Source of the DNA: an uncultured candidatus Porisulfidus sp.
GTDB lineage: Bacteria > Pseudomonadota > Gammaproteobacteria > Poriferisulfidales > Poriferisulfidaceae
Reading direction: 5' to 3'
Assembly (NCBI GenBank): GCA_965199755.1
Contig: CBDASZ010000001.1
Coordinates: 544,001 to 608,000, forward strand
Length of the DNA stretch: 64,000 nucleotides
Shown here: positions 43,279 through 51,867 of the stretch, one piece after another
Position numbering within the stretch: the stretch's first letter is position 1
Layout: each line of letters opens with the position of its first letter
Position numbers and translations under genes: made by a program
The notes under the pieces: model-generated
The model's database searches: none
What the model saw: the letters and a program-made list of their open reading frames with translations, nothing else
Told to the model about the DNA's origin: nothing

Positions 43279-44058
43279 ATGTCTACCACTTGGTCTTCCT
43301 CTTTGCACGCATCCGCCATCCGCGCCGCGCTGTCGGCGTCGGTACAGGCGCACCTGAGGCATATCGAGATCTGCGAGCAAGTCGCCTCAACCAACGACAT
43401 TCTGCACGCAAAAGCACCAGACACCGGGTTCTGGGTACAGATTGCGCGCAATCAAAGTGGCGCGCGCGGACGTCAGGGGCGGGGCTGGGAGATGAGTGGG
43501 GGCAGTCTGTGTTTCTCGGTACTGCACCACTGGCCGGATGCGCCGCCGCCGGCGCTGACCCTGTGGGTCGGGATCGCTTTGGCCAAACACCTCCAAGGGT
43601 TGGGGTTGAGACAACCCTGCCTGAGTTGGCCGAATGATCTTGTCTACGGAGAAGCAAAGTTTGGCGGTATTCTGACCGAATGTCGCCGTGGCGTTGGGTC
43701 GGCGCGTTGTGTGATCGGAGTGGGCGTGAATGTTACGCAAGTGCCTCGCCTTGATTGCCCGGCGACGTCTCTTGAGGTACACAACAATGAACTCCCAGAA
43801 CCGAATGATCTAACCGCAGCTCTGATAGATGCCGTGTGTGGCTGCCTGTTGCAGTTGGACGCTGGAGTACCGGCATCGCTACCGGAGTCCTTTGCCCGTT
43901 ATGATGGGCTTTCGGGGTGCGCGGTGAATATTGTGGAACCACATCAAAACTACACGGGTTATGCACGCGGCGTAGATGTGCGCGGATACTTGCAAGTGGA
44001 AGGCAGCGATGGGCTGCGCTGTTTCGACAGCGCGGATGTGCGGTTGATTCGATCATGA
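43279..44058 (+). CDS. birA: Biotin--protein ligase (no HTH domain)
   Basis: 'ASTND', 'Q..ARGRQGR.W', 'WPNDL...KFGGIL.E', 'GVGVN'; alternative start at 43267. Confidence 0.9.
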   Translation: MSTTWSSSLHASAIRAALSASVQAHLRHIEICEQVASTNDILHAKAPDTGFWVQIARNQSGARGRQGRGWEMSGGSLCFSVLHHWPDAPPPALTLWVGIALAKHLQGLGLRQPCLSWPNDLVYGEAKFGGILTECRRGVGSARCVIGVGVNVTQVPRLDCPATSLEVHNNELPEPNDLTAALIDAVCGCLLQLDAGVPASLPESFARYDGLSGCAVNIVEPHQNYTGYARGVDVRGYLQVEGSDGLRCFDSADVRLIRS

Positions 44059-44807
44059 CGTTGCTGCTGGATTTGGGACACAGTCGCGCCAAGTTAGCTG
44101 TCAGCGAGAGCGGTAGGCTCTCACGGTTTGCGGTGGCGGAAGTTGACGGACTAGAGCAGCAACTTCCCGCCTTGCTTGAGCAGTATCGAGAGGAAACCAC
44201 AACGCTGGTTGCGGTATGCGTGTGGCATGGTGAGTCCGGTCAGCAATTTCGCACACAGGTGGAGCAATGGTGGGGCGGAGAAGTGGACTGGGTGGATTCG
44301 GCAAGGGCCCGCGGCGACGTACAGTTGCATTACACCGAGCCCGAAACCTTTGGCGTGGACCGGTTGCTGGTGCTTCACGCGGCCAGACAGCGCGCGGCAG
44401 GATCCCCATGTGTGGTGGTTGATGTGGGCACGGCATTGACAATTGATGCGCTCACCAGCACTGGCCAGCACTGGGGAGGCTGGATTCTTCCGGGACCGTC
44501 GAAATTGCATGAAGGTATGGAGGACATGGTTCCATTTGCGGCGGGAAGCGAGCAGTCTGTGCGGCAAGTCCAGTTCAGCAGTACCGGTCAAGCGGTGCGC
44601 GCGGGGATTTGGGGGGTGTTGTCCGCGGGTGTGGAGGAGATGTGCAGGCGGTGTTGCGACGCCTTGTGCGACAGTGGTGAGAAGGCACCTCGAATTTACA
44701 TCACGGGTGGTGGGGCGCAGGATATGCAGGCGTGGCTTAATTTGCGCATGGAGCAGGCACCGGATCTGGTGCTGGAAGGTTTGGCAGGAGTTGCCGAAAG
44801 GCTTTGA
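44055..44807 (+). CDS. coaX: Type III pantothenate kinase
   Basis: 'LLDLGHSRAK', 'FGVDR', 'DVGTALTID', 'GG.ILPG', 'ITGGGA', 'LVLEGL'. Confidence 0.93.
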   Translation: MTLLLDLGHSRAKLAVSESGRLSRFAVAEVDGLEQQLPALLEQYREETTTLVAVCVWHGESGQQFRTQVEQWWGGEVDWVDSARARGDVQLHYTEPETFGVDRLLVLHAARQRAAGSPCVVVDVGTALTIDALTSTGQHWGGWILPGPSKLHEGMEDMVPFAAGSEQSVRQVQFSSTGQAVRAGIWGVLSAGVEEMCRRCCDALCDSGEKAPRIYITGGGAQDMQAWLNLRMEQAPDLVLEGLAGVAERL

Positions 44808-44842
44808 GGGAGCTCTTTCTCCTGTATTTACATAATTTACTA

Positions 44843-44870
44843 TTGACAATGTTAGTGTAACCTGTACCAT
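44843..44870 (+). promoter_or_regulatory. Sigma70-type promoter candidate for the DUF2857-like gene
   Basis: TTGACA-N16-TACCAT in an AT-rich stretch. Confidence 0.5.
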
Positions 44871-44944
44871 AACACCAGGCATTCTTTCGGGTTTGCCTAA
44901 TAACCATTAAGAAAAATGGAAATAGTAGATGATCTTGCTCAACA

Positions 44945-45152
44945 CTGGCGCTCTTCGCGGGCGTTGGCTGTTTGGCCGGTATTGGGAAAGGAGCTGTTAC
45001 AGCGCAAACTGGCCGTATCGTCATTTAGGTTGGGGACAATCAGGTGCCCAATCTCCTTTTCCCTTACGTGCCGGCATGAGCCAGTCAGTTGCATGTTCTC
45101 TATGAGATCCAAACTCCGCATGTTGCGGTGGCGGCTGGCTGTATTGCGCCAG
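44945..45152 (+). ncRNA. Candidate structured 5' leader RNA
   Basis: Nested complementary segments: CTGGCGC/GCGCCAG, GCCGGT/GCCGGC, GGGAAAGGAG/CTCCTTTTCCC, AGCCAGTC/GGCTGGCT. Confidence 0.4.
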
Positions 45153-45168
45153 CAATGGAGGATCAATT

Positions 45169-46038
45169 ATGAGAACCGTTATAAATGTCGCGCAACAAGC
45201 GCTACTTCACTTCATCACTCGCTGCTGTCATGACAATGACTGGCCTGCACTGCGTCAGATAAATATTGATCGGCGGCAAGCACTTCAGATTGAACGCTTG
45301 TCTGCGTTCGAGTGCAATATTCTGGGAAGTCTGTCGACTAAATTCGCCACGTTCAAGGTAGATTTCGGCAAGTTAAAAGAGTATATGGAGCTGGTCGACG
45401 GCTCGAGAGATGCACCGAAAGATGTTTCGGCTGCTCTGGCTCGAGAGACCGATCTGTATTTGCGTCTGTGTGATTACATGCTGACGCTGTATCGAGATAA
45501 CCATACGGGTTTGCTAAGCGAATTTGGCCTGTCGCCTGCTCAGGCAGAGTACATCAGCAGAATTCCATTTGCCGAAATTGGACCCGTAGCCCAGCACTTC
45601 TGGGATTTCACCACCATCGAGGTTGATTCACGACGTCTGGGGCACGGTATTCTGACGGCAGTATCAACCTGTCGCTGGCTTCGCCAGTGCAACCAGTTGA
45701 TTCGAGCTGATGCGCCGCGCGAGCTGATGACGCAGTACTATGGAATGTCGTGCGAGTTGTATGCCGAGATTCGGGAGATGTACGGACGTCAGGTGCGCGG
45801 TCGCCCACGCATACTGGACTATGATTCGCAATATTTCCTGTATCAGGAGTTTATACGACAGTACCGGCGTTACGAGGGGACGCACCTTGATCCGTTGCGC
45901 CAGCCTGGCTTGTTCCTGGATCTCTACGATGCGATGGGACGCCGCATAACGCTGCGGGAAATCTGGTGTATGGTGCAGGAATGGCTGCGTCGGGATCTGC
46001 AATTCAAGCGTATCGAACGAGGGCCTGATTCCAACTAG
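45169..46038 (+). CDS. DUF2857 (STY4526/BisC-like) protein with duplicated N-terminal domain
   Basis: 'LIRADAPRELMTQYYGMS...R..YG..VRGRPRIL' and 'LREIW..V.EW' resemble the DUF2857 C-terminal half; internal repeat aa 11-69 vs 99-157; GGAGG RBS. Confidence 0.7.
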   Translation: MRTVINVAQQALLHFITRCCHDNDWPALRQINIDRRQALQIERLSAFECNILGSLSTKFATFKVDFGKLKEYMELVDGSRDAPKDVSAALARETDLYLRLCDYMLTLYRDNHTGLLSEFGLSPAQAEYISRIPFAEIGPVAQHFWDFTTIEVDSRRLGHGILTAVSTCRWLRQCNQLIRADAPRELMTQYYGMSCELYAEIREMYGRQVRGRPRILDYDSQYFLYQEFIRQYRRYEGTHLDPLRQPGLFLDLYDAMGRRITLREIWCMVQEWLRRDLQFKRIERGPDSN

Positions 46039-46817
46039 CAGCGGGTTTCAGACAACCCTAAAATCGCGCCTTGCCGGTGCAGCGTAGCCAACATGTTACG
46101 CGCGCCATCTACCACGGCAGGGCGCGGTGTTCGGTCGGACTCGTTCAGCATGGCATCCAGATGGTCGCGCGCGCTGTATTCGGGCTGACTCTGAAGACCC
46201 AGTAGCAGCCGGGCGCTGGGCAGGTCCAGATCAATCACCTGAACGCTCCCTTTGCGATTGCGAAAGAGTAACAGTGGTGTGGGCACCTCCGGCTTGCGTG
46301 GCTCAGACAGCGCCTCGGTGATCTGGTGTACTGGCCATTCGTAGACGCGCAATTGCATCAGCGGGCACAGCACAAGGCAGCGCTCAAACAGATCGTCGTC
46401 CTGCTCCGGTACTACAGGTGTATCTGAGGGCGGCGTATCCTCGGCCAGATTGATATGGCGGCGGGTACATTCGTAGTCCGCAAGTTCCGCCGCATACGGG
46501 AAATCTCGCAGCGTTGCGGGCGATTCCTGTGCAAGGTAGGAAGCGAACTCGGTGTCAATCTGGTGAAAGTAGGGTGTGCGGCAGGCGTAGTGCGAATAAA
46601 ACTCATAACAGGTCTCACGCAGCGTTTCGGCCCCGACGACATCAGTGGTGTGCGGGAACATGCGTTCAATCAGGCCGTAAATATTGTTGAAGAATAGCCG
46701 GCGATAGATGGCCATGCGGCGATCTTCAATGCCTTCGGGCGGCGCGACGTGCCGGGGGTCACGCAGATGGGCGCAAAACTCCCGCTGAATGCGCTGGAAA
46801 TCCGCTTCTTGCGTCAT
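46035..46817 (-). CDS. DUF2063 MNIO partner protein (HvfC/BufC-like)
   Basis: 'Q..F.AHLRDP', '[14 protein letters not shown]...FP', 'TPYF..I..EF', 'ELA.YE', 'YEWPVHQI'. Confidence 0.9.
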   Translation of the reverse strand: MTQEADFQRIQREFCAHLRDPRHVAPPEGIEDRRMAIYRRLFFNNIYGLIERMFPHTTDVVGAETLRETCYEFYSHYACRTPYFHQIDTEFASYLAQESPATLRDFPYAAELADYECTRRHINLAEDTPPSDTPVVPEQDDDLFERCLVLCPLMQLRVYEWPVHQITEALSEPRKPEVPTPLLLFRNRKGSVQVIDLDLPSARLLLGLQSQPEYSARDHLDAMLNESDRTPRPAVVDGARNMLATLHRQGAILGLSETRC

Positions 46818-47644
46818 GCGTTGTTCGCGTGGGTCTGACAATCCCGGATGCGGTTGACTTCGCTGAGCAGTTGCGTCATGGGCGGGAACTCGAAATCGCG
46901 CTCCAGCAAGGTCGGCAGCGGGCCGAACAGACGGTAGGCATCGTCGAGCAACTCCCAGACCGGCTCAATGACATCGGCACCGTGGGTATCGACGATCAGA
47001 TCTTCCGCCTCGTTGTAATGTCCGGCGATATGGCAGTAGGCGACGCGCTCACGTGGCAGGGCGGCGAGATACGTGCGCGGGTCATAGCGATGGTTGACGG
47101 AATTGACATAGACATTGTTGACATCCAGCAGCATGAGACAGTCGGCTTCTTCGAGCACGGTGCGGACAAAGTCGATTTCCTCCATCTGCTTGCCAGGTGC
47201 GGCGTAGTAGGAGACGTTCTCCACTGCAATTTGCTGACCCAGCAGTTGCTGGACCTCGCGGATGCGTCCGGCCACATAGCGCGCCGCCTCCTCGGTGAAC
47301 GGGATGGGCGCGAGGTCATAGAGTTGTCCGTGGTCCGAGCAATAACTCAAATGTTCGCTGTAGATGCGCACACGGTAGCGTTTGAGAAAGTCGCGTACCT
47401 GGATAAGCAGGCTGTGATCCAGTGGTTCCGGCCCGCCCAGTGACAGTGACAGTCCGTGAGTCGTCAGTGGATAGCGCTCGGTCAGTTCCTCGAACTGTCG
47501 TTGGAACTTGCCGCCGAGGCCAATCCAGTTCTCTGGCGCGACTTCAAAGAAGTCGATCGCCGTATCGTCCAGTTTCAGAAAGTCTCGCAGAATGCCGCGG
47601 CGCAACCCCAAGCCCGACCCTTGCACCGGGATGCGCTTAGCCAT
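46814..47644 (-). CDS. Multinuclear non-heme iron oxidase (MNIO, DUF692; HvfB/BufB-like)
   Basis: 'GLGLRR', 'EVAPENW', 'HGLSLSLGG', 'SEHLSY', 'ENVSYY', '[10 protein letters not shown]', 'HIAGH', 'DTHG', 'LLERD'. Confidence 0.96.
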   Translation of the reverse strand: MAKRIPVQGSGLGLRRGILRDFLKLDDTAIDFFEVAPENWIGLGGKFQRQFEELTERYPLTTHGLSLSLGGPEPLDHSLLIQVRDFLKRYRVRIYSEHLSYCSDHGQLYDLAPIPFTEEAARYVAGRIREVQQLLGQQIAVENVSYYAAPGKQMEEIDFVRTVLEEADCLMLLDVNNVYVNSVNHRYDPRTYLAALPRERVAYCHIAGHYNEAEDLIVDTHGADVIEPVWELLDDAYRLFGPLPTLLERDFEFPPMTQLLSEVNRIRDCQTHANNA

Positions 47645-48236
47645 TGCAGCGTCGCGTGATCCAGTAATCCAGACTCAGATAGCGTCCGCTGCCGAAGGCG
47701 AGCAGGGCGAGCAGCATGATGAAGTAGGTGGCGGCAAATTCAATGCCGTTGTTGAGGATCACCAGGTTGCCGTGTTCAGTGAGCCAACTGTAGTCGCCAT
47801 GCTCGCGCAACAGGGAGCGCATGGCCTGCAGGCGTTCGAGCGCCATTTCGGTGCGCTCATTGCCGAAGAAACCACTTTCGGCGATGGCGAGCCAGCCGTT
47901 TTGCCAGTGCACGGCAAGCGCGGCGACCGTCATGGTGAATATCAGGGGGATGGAGACCCAGCGGGTCGCCAGTCCGATCAGCAGCAGGATGCCACCGAAG
48001 AACTCCGTCCAGCCGGCCAGCGCCGCCATCAGCGCGGGCAGGGGCAGTTCCAGACTGTGGGTGAACCAGTGGACGGTGCCGGCATTCGGCAACAGGCTTG
48101 GAAGTTCGAGTTTTTGGGCGCCGGCAATGATGAATACCGGTGCCAGATACAATCGTAACAGAAAGAGCGCCAGAAAGTCAAAGTGTTGCGCCTGACTTTT
48201 CAGCCAGGAATGCGCGCAACAAGCAAGGCGGATCAT
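47637..48236 (-). CDS. DoxX family membrane protein (HvfX-like)
   Basis: '[14 protein letters not shown]', 'TEF.GG..LL.GLATR', 'VHWQNGW', '[11 protein letters not shown]'. Confidence 0.9.
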   Translation of the reverse strand: MIRLACCAHSWLKSQAQHFDFLALFLLRLYLAPVFIIAGAQKLELPSLLPNAGTVHWFTHSLELPLPALMAALAGWTEFFGGILLLIGLATRWVSIPLIFTMTVAALAVHWQNGWLAIAESGFFGNERTEMALERLQAMRSLLREHGDYSWLTEHGNLVILNNGIEFAATYFIMLLALLAFGSGRYLSLDYWITRRCNG

Positions 48237-48279
48237 GAGATGGGACTGGGTCTGCTGACCCGGTTGATGCGGGGGAAGC

Positions 48280-48307
48280 CAGCCCCCGGACATACTTCCG
48301 GGGGCTG
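48280..48307 (-). terminator. Intercistronic stem-loop after the RiPP precursor gene
   Basis: Perfect 11-bp inverted repeat CAGCCCCCGGA / TCCGGGGGCTG, no clear U tract. Confidence 0.6.
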
Positions 48308-48379
48308 ACCCTCCAGAGAGAAGGCTCGCTCTACCTTACTATCTGAAACTTAAGTCAGCAGCGAGACAGCTTATTCAGC

Positions 48380-48682
48380 TTATTCGCCCTCGCCGCCTTC
48401 ACCAGCTTCTTCGGCATCACCTTCGCTGGCTTCTTCACCTTCCCCTTCACTGCCTTCACCATCACCATCACCATCTCCACCACCATCTTCACCACACTGA
48501 CCTTCGCCACATTTGCCTTCACCACAGGAGCCTTCGCCACCGTGGCTGTCGGCAACCTGTACGCCATTGGTGGGTAGTGAGTTGATGCTGAACGGGCTGT
48601 CACCGGCCAGAGCGCTGGAACAGGCCAGCATGCCGGTCACACCTAGAGCCAAGGCAATAGGGTTGATTTCTTTCTTGTTCAT
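48380..48682 (-). CDS. Secreted RiPP precursor, HvfA/oxazolin (EGKCG-repeat) type
   Basis: Sec signal ending 'ALA', then 'EGSCG-EGKCG-EGQCG' and an acidic Gly-rich tail; first gene of the MNIO cluster; GAGG RBS. Confidence 0.9.
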   Translation of the reverse strand: MNKKEINPIALALGVTGMLACSSALAGDSPFSINSLPTNGVQVADSHGGEGSCGEGKCGEGQCGEDGGGDGDGDGEGSEGEGEEASEGDAEEAGEGGEGE

Positions 48683-48755
48683 GTGTTTTTTCCTCTATCA
48701 AGTTTGATGTTACAGATAATCCGAGCGGAATCCCGCTCATTATACATATAAAAAT

Positions 48756-48782
48756 ATAGACTGCCGCAATCAGCAAAAGTTC
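48756..48782 (-). promoter_or_regulatory. RpoE/AlgU (ECF sigma)-type promoter candidate
   Basis: Minus strand GAACTT-N16-TCTAT upstream of the precursor. Confidence 0.55.
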
Positions 48783-48811
48783 TCCAAGAAGCAGTGTCGG
48801 CACTGCGTGTG

Positions 48812-49444
48812 TCAATCAAATCTGCCCGGCCATTCGCACAGGTCTTGAATCCGACATTCACCGCATTTCGGCTTGCGCGCCGTACAGGTGTAGCGCCCGT
48901 GCAGAATGAGCCAGTGGTGGGCGTCTTTGAGGTAGCGCGCCGGCACTTGCTGCATCAGCGCTTCTTCCACGTCGCGCACGGTTTTGCCCGGAGCGATGCC
49001 GATTCGGTTGCTGATCCGAAAGATATGGGTGTCAACGGCGATTACTGGCTCGCCGAAGGCGGTGTTCAGGATGACATTAGCAGTCTTGCGCCCGACACCA
49101 GGCAAGGCTTCCAGCGCGTCGCGGCTTTGAGGCACGCGACCTTCATGCAGCAGCAGCAGTCGGTCGCAGGTGGCGATGATGTTGGCAGCCTTGTTACGGT
49201 GCAGGCCGATGCTGCTGATGTAGGGGATCAACCCGGCGGTGTCGAGCGCCAGAATGGAGCGGGGGGTGCGTGCTTTCGCGAACAGCTTGACGGTCGCCTT
49301 ATTGACCGCGACGTCAGTGCATTGTGCGGAGAGAATAACCGCGATCAGCAACTCGAACGCATTGCGGTAGCGCAATTCGGTGGTGGGGTTGGGGTGCTGT
49401 TTTTTGAAGCGCCGGAAAATCAGCGCGATCGTGCGGCTGTCCAT
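48812..49444 (-). CDS. nth: Endonuclease III
   Basis: 'LLIAVILSAQCTD', 'LPGVGRKTANV', 'AVDTH', 'C.ARKPKC..C.I..LC'. Confidence 0.97.
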   Translation of the reverse strand: MDSRTIALIFRRFKKQHPNPTTELRYRNAFELLIAVILSAQCTDVAVNKATVKLFAKARTPRSILALDTAGLIPYISSIGLHRNKAANIIATCDRLLLLHEGRVPQSRDALEALPGVGRKTANVILNTAFGEPVIAVDTHIFRISNRIGIAPGKTVRDVEEALMQQVPARYLKDAHHWLILHGRYTCTARKPKCGECRIQDLCEWPGRFD

Positions 49445-49848
49445 CAGGCTGAATCCGCGCGGCGCTGACGGGCGCGGGCGATGGCTTCTTCAATGGCACG
49501 CTGACGTCTCGGCGCGTCGCTTTGGCGGAATTGCTCGTGCAGGTCTTCCAGTTGCCGGGTATGGATTGACTGCTGGGTCTGCAGGCGCACCCGGCGCGCG
49601 ATGGCGCGGTCGCGGGCATGGAGGCGGTAGTTGTGGTCCCGTGGCGGATGCTGCGCATCGTCATGCCATGTGATGCAGTCTACCGGGCAGATGGGCAGGC
49701 ACAGGCCGCATTCGGTGCAGTAATCGGGCAGAACATAGTGATTTTGTTGCGCCGCGCCGATGATGGCGTCGAACGGGCAGGCATCAATGCAGTGGGTACA
49801 GCCAATGCAGTGACGCGGATTGATCCAGGCGACGCGCGCGACACTCAC
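49444..49848 (-). CDS. rnfB: Short RnfB/RsxB-like 2x[4Fe-4S] protein
   Basis: '[18 protein letters not shown]' and '[16 protein letters not shown]'; metG-rnfB-nth order. Confidence 0.75.
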   Translation of the reverse strand: MSVARVAWINPRHCIGCTHCIDACPFDAIIGAAQQNHYVLPDYCTECGLCLPICPVDCITWHDDAQHPPRDHNYRLHARDRAIARRVRLQTQQSIHTRQLEDLHEQFRQSDAPRRQRAIEEAIARARQRRADSA

Positions 49849-51857
49849 CGGATTCGCATGCCCACTTCCGCGCCTTCGTCCACCGCCAGCAGAAAGATAG
49901 ACTCTCCCGACTCTGCGCTGGCCGCCAGAATCATGCTCTCCGAGGTGCCAAAGCGCATCTTGCGCGGCGCTAGATTGGCGACCGCCACTACCAGACGTCC
50001 GAGCAGCTGTTCCGGCGTATAGGCGGAACGGATGCCGGCGAAGACCTGTCGGCGGGACGCGCCGAGGTCGAGAGTCAAGGCGAGTAGCCGATCGGCACCC
50101 TCCACGTAATCGGCTTCCAGCACGCGCGCGACGCGCAAGTCAATTTTGGCGAAATCTTCGTAGGCGATGGTGGGGGAGTCGGCGGCCTCAGTGTCAGGAG
50201 CGGCCTCGGCGTCAGGGGTGCGGGTTTCATTAAGCATGGCATCAATGGAGTCGGGGTCCACGCGAGTGGACAAGGGAGTGAACGGTCGAATGGGGTGATC
50301 GAGCAGCACCTGCTGCGGTGCGTTCCAGTCAAGCGGGTCGCAGTTCAGGAAGGCCTCGCTGGCTTGCGCCATGGCCGGCACCACTGGTTTCAGGTAGGCG
50401 ACCAGCACGCGAAACAGATTCAGGCCCTGCGTGCAGATGCCCCAGGCTTGCTCGCGCGTGGCGTCATGGCGTATGGTCTCCCAGGGCTTTTGCTCGCTCA
50501 GATATTGATTGGCGGTATCCGCCAGTGCCATGATCTGTCGCATGGCGTGTGAGAAGCGCCTAGCCTCATAGTGCGCGGCAATCTCGTCAGCCGCCTCGGC
50601 GAAGTGCGCGAACAGTTCCGGCTCAGGCAGTGCGGCCGCGAGGCGGCCGTCGAAAGATTTTTCAATGAAGCCGGCGCAGCGGCTCGCGATATTCACCACC
50701 TTGCCGACCAGATCACTATTGACGCGCGCCACAAAATCATCCAGATTCAGATTCAGGTCGCTGATGTCAGGAGACAGTTTGGCGGCGAAGTAGTAGCGCA
50801 AATGCTCCGGGTCCAGATGCTTCAGATAAGTGCGCGCTTCAATGAAGGTGCCGGTGGATTTGGACATTTTCTGGCCGTTGACGGTGAGAAAGCCATGGCA
50901 CCACACGGCGGTGGGGGTGCGATAGCCGGCACCGTGCAGCAAAGCTGGCCAGAATAGGGTGTGGAAATAGGCGATGTCCTTGCCGATGAAATGGTACAGT
51001 TCGACCTCGCTGTCGGCACGCCAGACGGCATCAAAGGACTGATCGTGTGTATCGCACCAGTGCTGGTGGCTGGCCATGTAGCCGATCGGCGCGTCCAGCC
51101 ACACATAGAAATACTGGCCGGGCGCATCCGGGATCTCAAAGCCAAAATACGGCGCGTCGCGGCTGATATCCCAGTCCTGCAGACCCTCTTCGAACCATTC
51201 TTTGAGTTTGTTGGCGATTTCGCTTTGTACGCCGTCGCGTTTCGCCCAATCCTGCAAAAACGCGCTGAAGTCACCCAATTGAAAGAACAGATGTTCGGTC
51301 TCGCGCAACTCCGGTGAGGTGTCGCTGAGTGTAGAGCGCGGATCGCCGAGTTCGGTGGATGCGTAGGTGGCACCGCATTTCTCGCAGGCATCGCCGTACT
51401 GATCATCAGCGCCGCAGCGCGGGCAGCGCCCGCGGATGTAACGATCGGAGAGAAACAATTCCTCCTGCGTGTCGTAATAGCGGCGAATGGTCTTGCGGCG
51501 GATATGGCCGGCGGCCGCCAGTTTGCTGTAGATATCGCATGACAGCGCGCGATTTTCGTCGCTGTGCGTGCTGTGGTATTGATCAAACTCAATCAGAAAA
51601 TCCGCGAAATCCTGTTGGTGCTGCTGGCTGAATTCCTCAATCAGTTGCTCCGGGTTGACGTCGCGTTGTCGCGCCAGCAACATGATCGGCGTGCCGTGTG
51701 CGTCGTCAGCGCAGACGTAGACGCATTCATGTCCGCGCAGGCGCTGGAAGCGTACCCAGATGTCGGCCTGGATGTATTCGACCAGGTGTCCCAGATGAAT
51801 GGGCCCGTTGGCATAAGGCAGGGCGCTGGTGACCAGCATGTGGCGCGGCTGTGGCAT
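49845..51857 (-). CDS. metG: Methionine--tRNA ligase
   Basis: '[12 protein letters not shown]', Zn knuckles, 'KMSKS', C-terminal tRNA-binding domain. Confidence 0.98.
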   Translation of the reverse strand: MPQPRHMLVTSALPYANGPIHLGHLVEYIQADIWVRFQRLRGHECVYVCADDAHGTPIMLLARQRDVNPEQLIEEFSQQHQQDFADFLIEFDQYHSTHSDENRALSCDIYSKLAAAGHIRRKTIRRYYDTQEELFLSDRYIRGRCPRCGADDQYGDACEKCGATYASTELGDPRSTLSDTSPELRETEHLFFQLGDFSAFLQDWAKRDGVQSEIANKLKEWFEEGLQDWDISRDAPYFGFEIPDAPGQYFYVWLDAPIGYMASHQHWCDTHDQSFDAVWRADSEVELYHFIGKDIAYFHTLFWPALLHGAGYRTPTAVWCHGFLTVNGQKMSKSTGTFIEARTYLKHLDPEHLRYYFAAKLSPDISDLNLNLDDFVARVNSDLVGKVVNIASRCAGFIEKSFDGRLAAALPEPELFAHFAEAADEIAAHYEARRFSHAMRQIMALADTANQYLSEQKPWETIRHDATREQAWGICTQGLNLFRVLVAYLKPVVPAMAQASEAFLNCDPLDWNAPQQVLLDHPIRPFTPLSTRVDPDSIDAMLNETRTPDAEAAPDTEAADSPTIAYEDFAKIDLRVARVLEADYVEGADRLLALTLDLGASRRQVFAGIRSAYTPEQLLGRLVVAVANLAPRKMRFGTSESMILAASAESGESIFLLAVDEGAEVGMRIR

Positions 51858-51867
51858 GGCGTTTGCG

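Noticed and set aside
44975-45090. Cobalamin riboswitch (GGGAAAGG and GAGCCAG fragments)
   Set aside because: The other conserved core elements (e.g. CCCGCAACTGT, GCCACTG) are absent
44916-45233. 105-aa ORF across the DUF2857 leader
   Set aside because: No SD, no motif, and it overlaps the downstream gene out of frame; a leader-peptide role is not excluded but is unsupported
48380-48540. Short tandem repeats (CACCAT, CCTTC) as CRISPR or VNTR
   Set aside because: They are codon repeats of the Gly/Glu/Asp-rich precursor; no repeat-spacer array or cas gene was seen in the window
48605-48682. Precursor as a lipoprotein via Cys21 ('MLAC')
   Set aside because: Poor lipobox match, and a good signal peptidase I site (A-L-A) follows; SignalP would settle it
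48700-48715. ECF16/SigF-type promoter (TGTAAC) before the precursor
   Set aside because: No matching -10 element at the right spacing, and it is too close to the RBS
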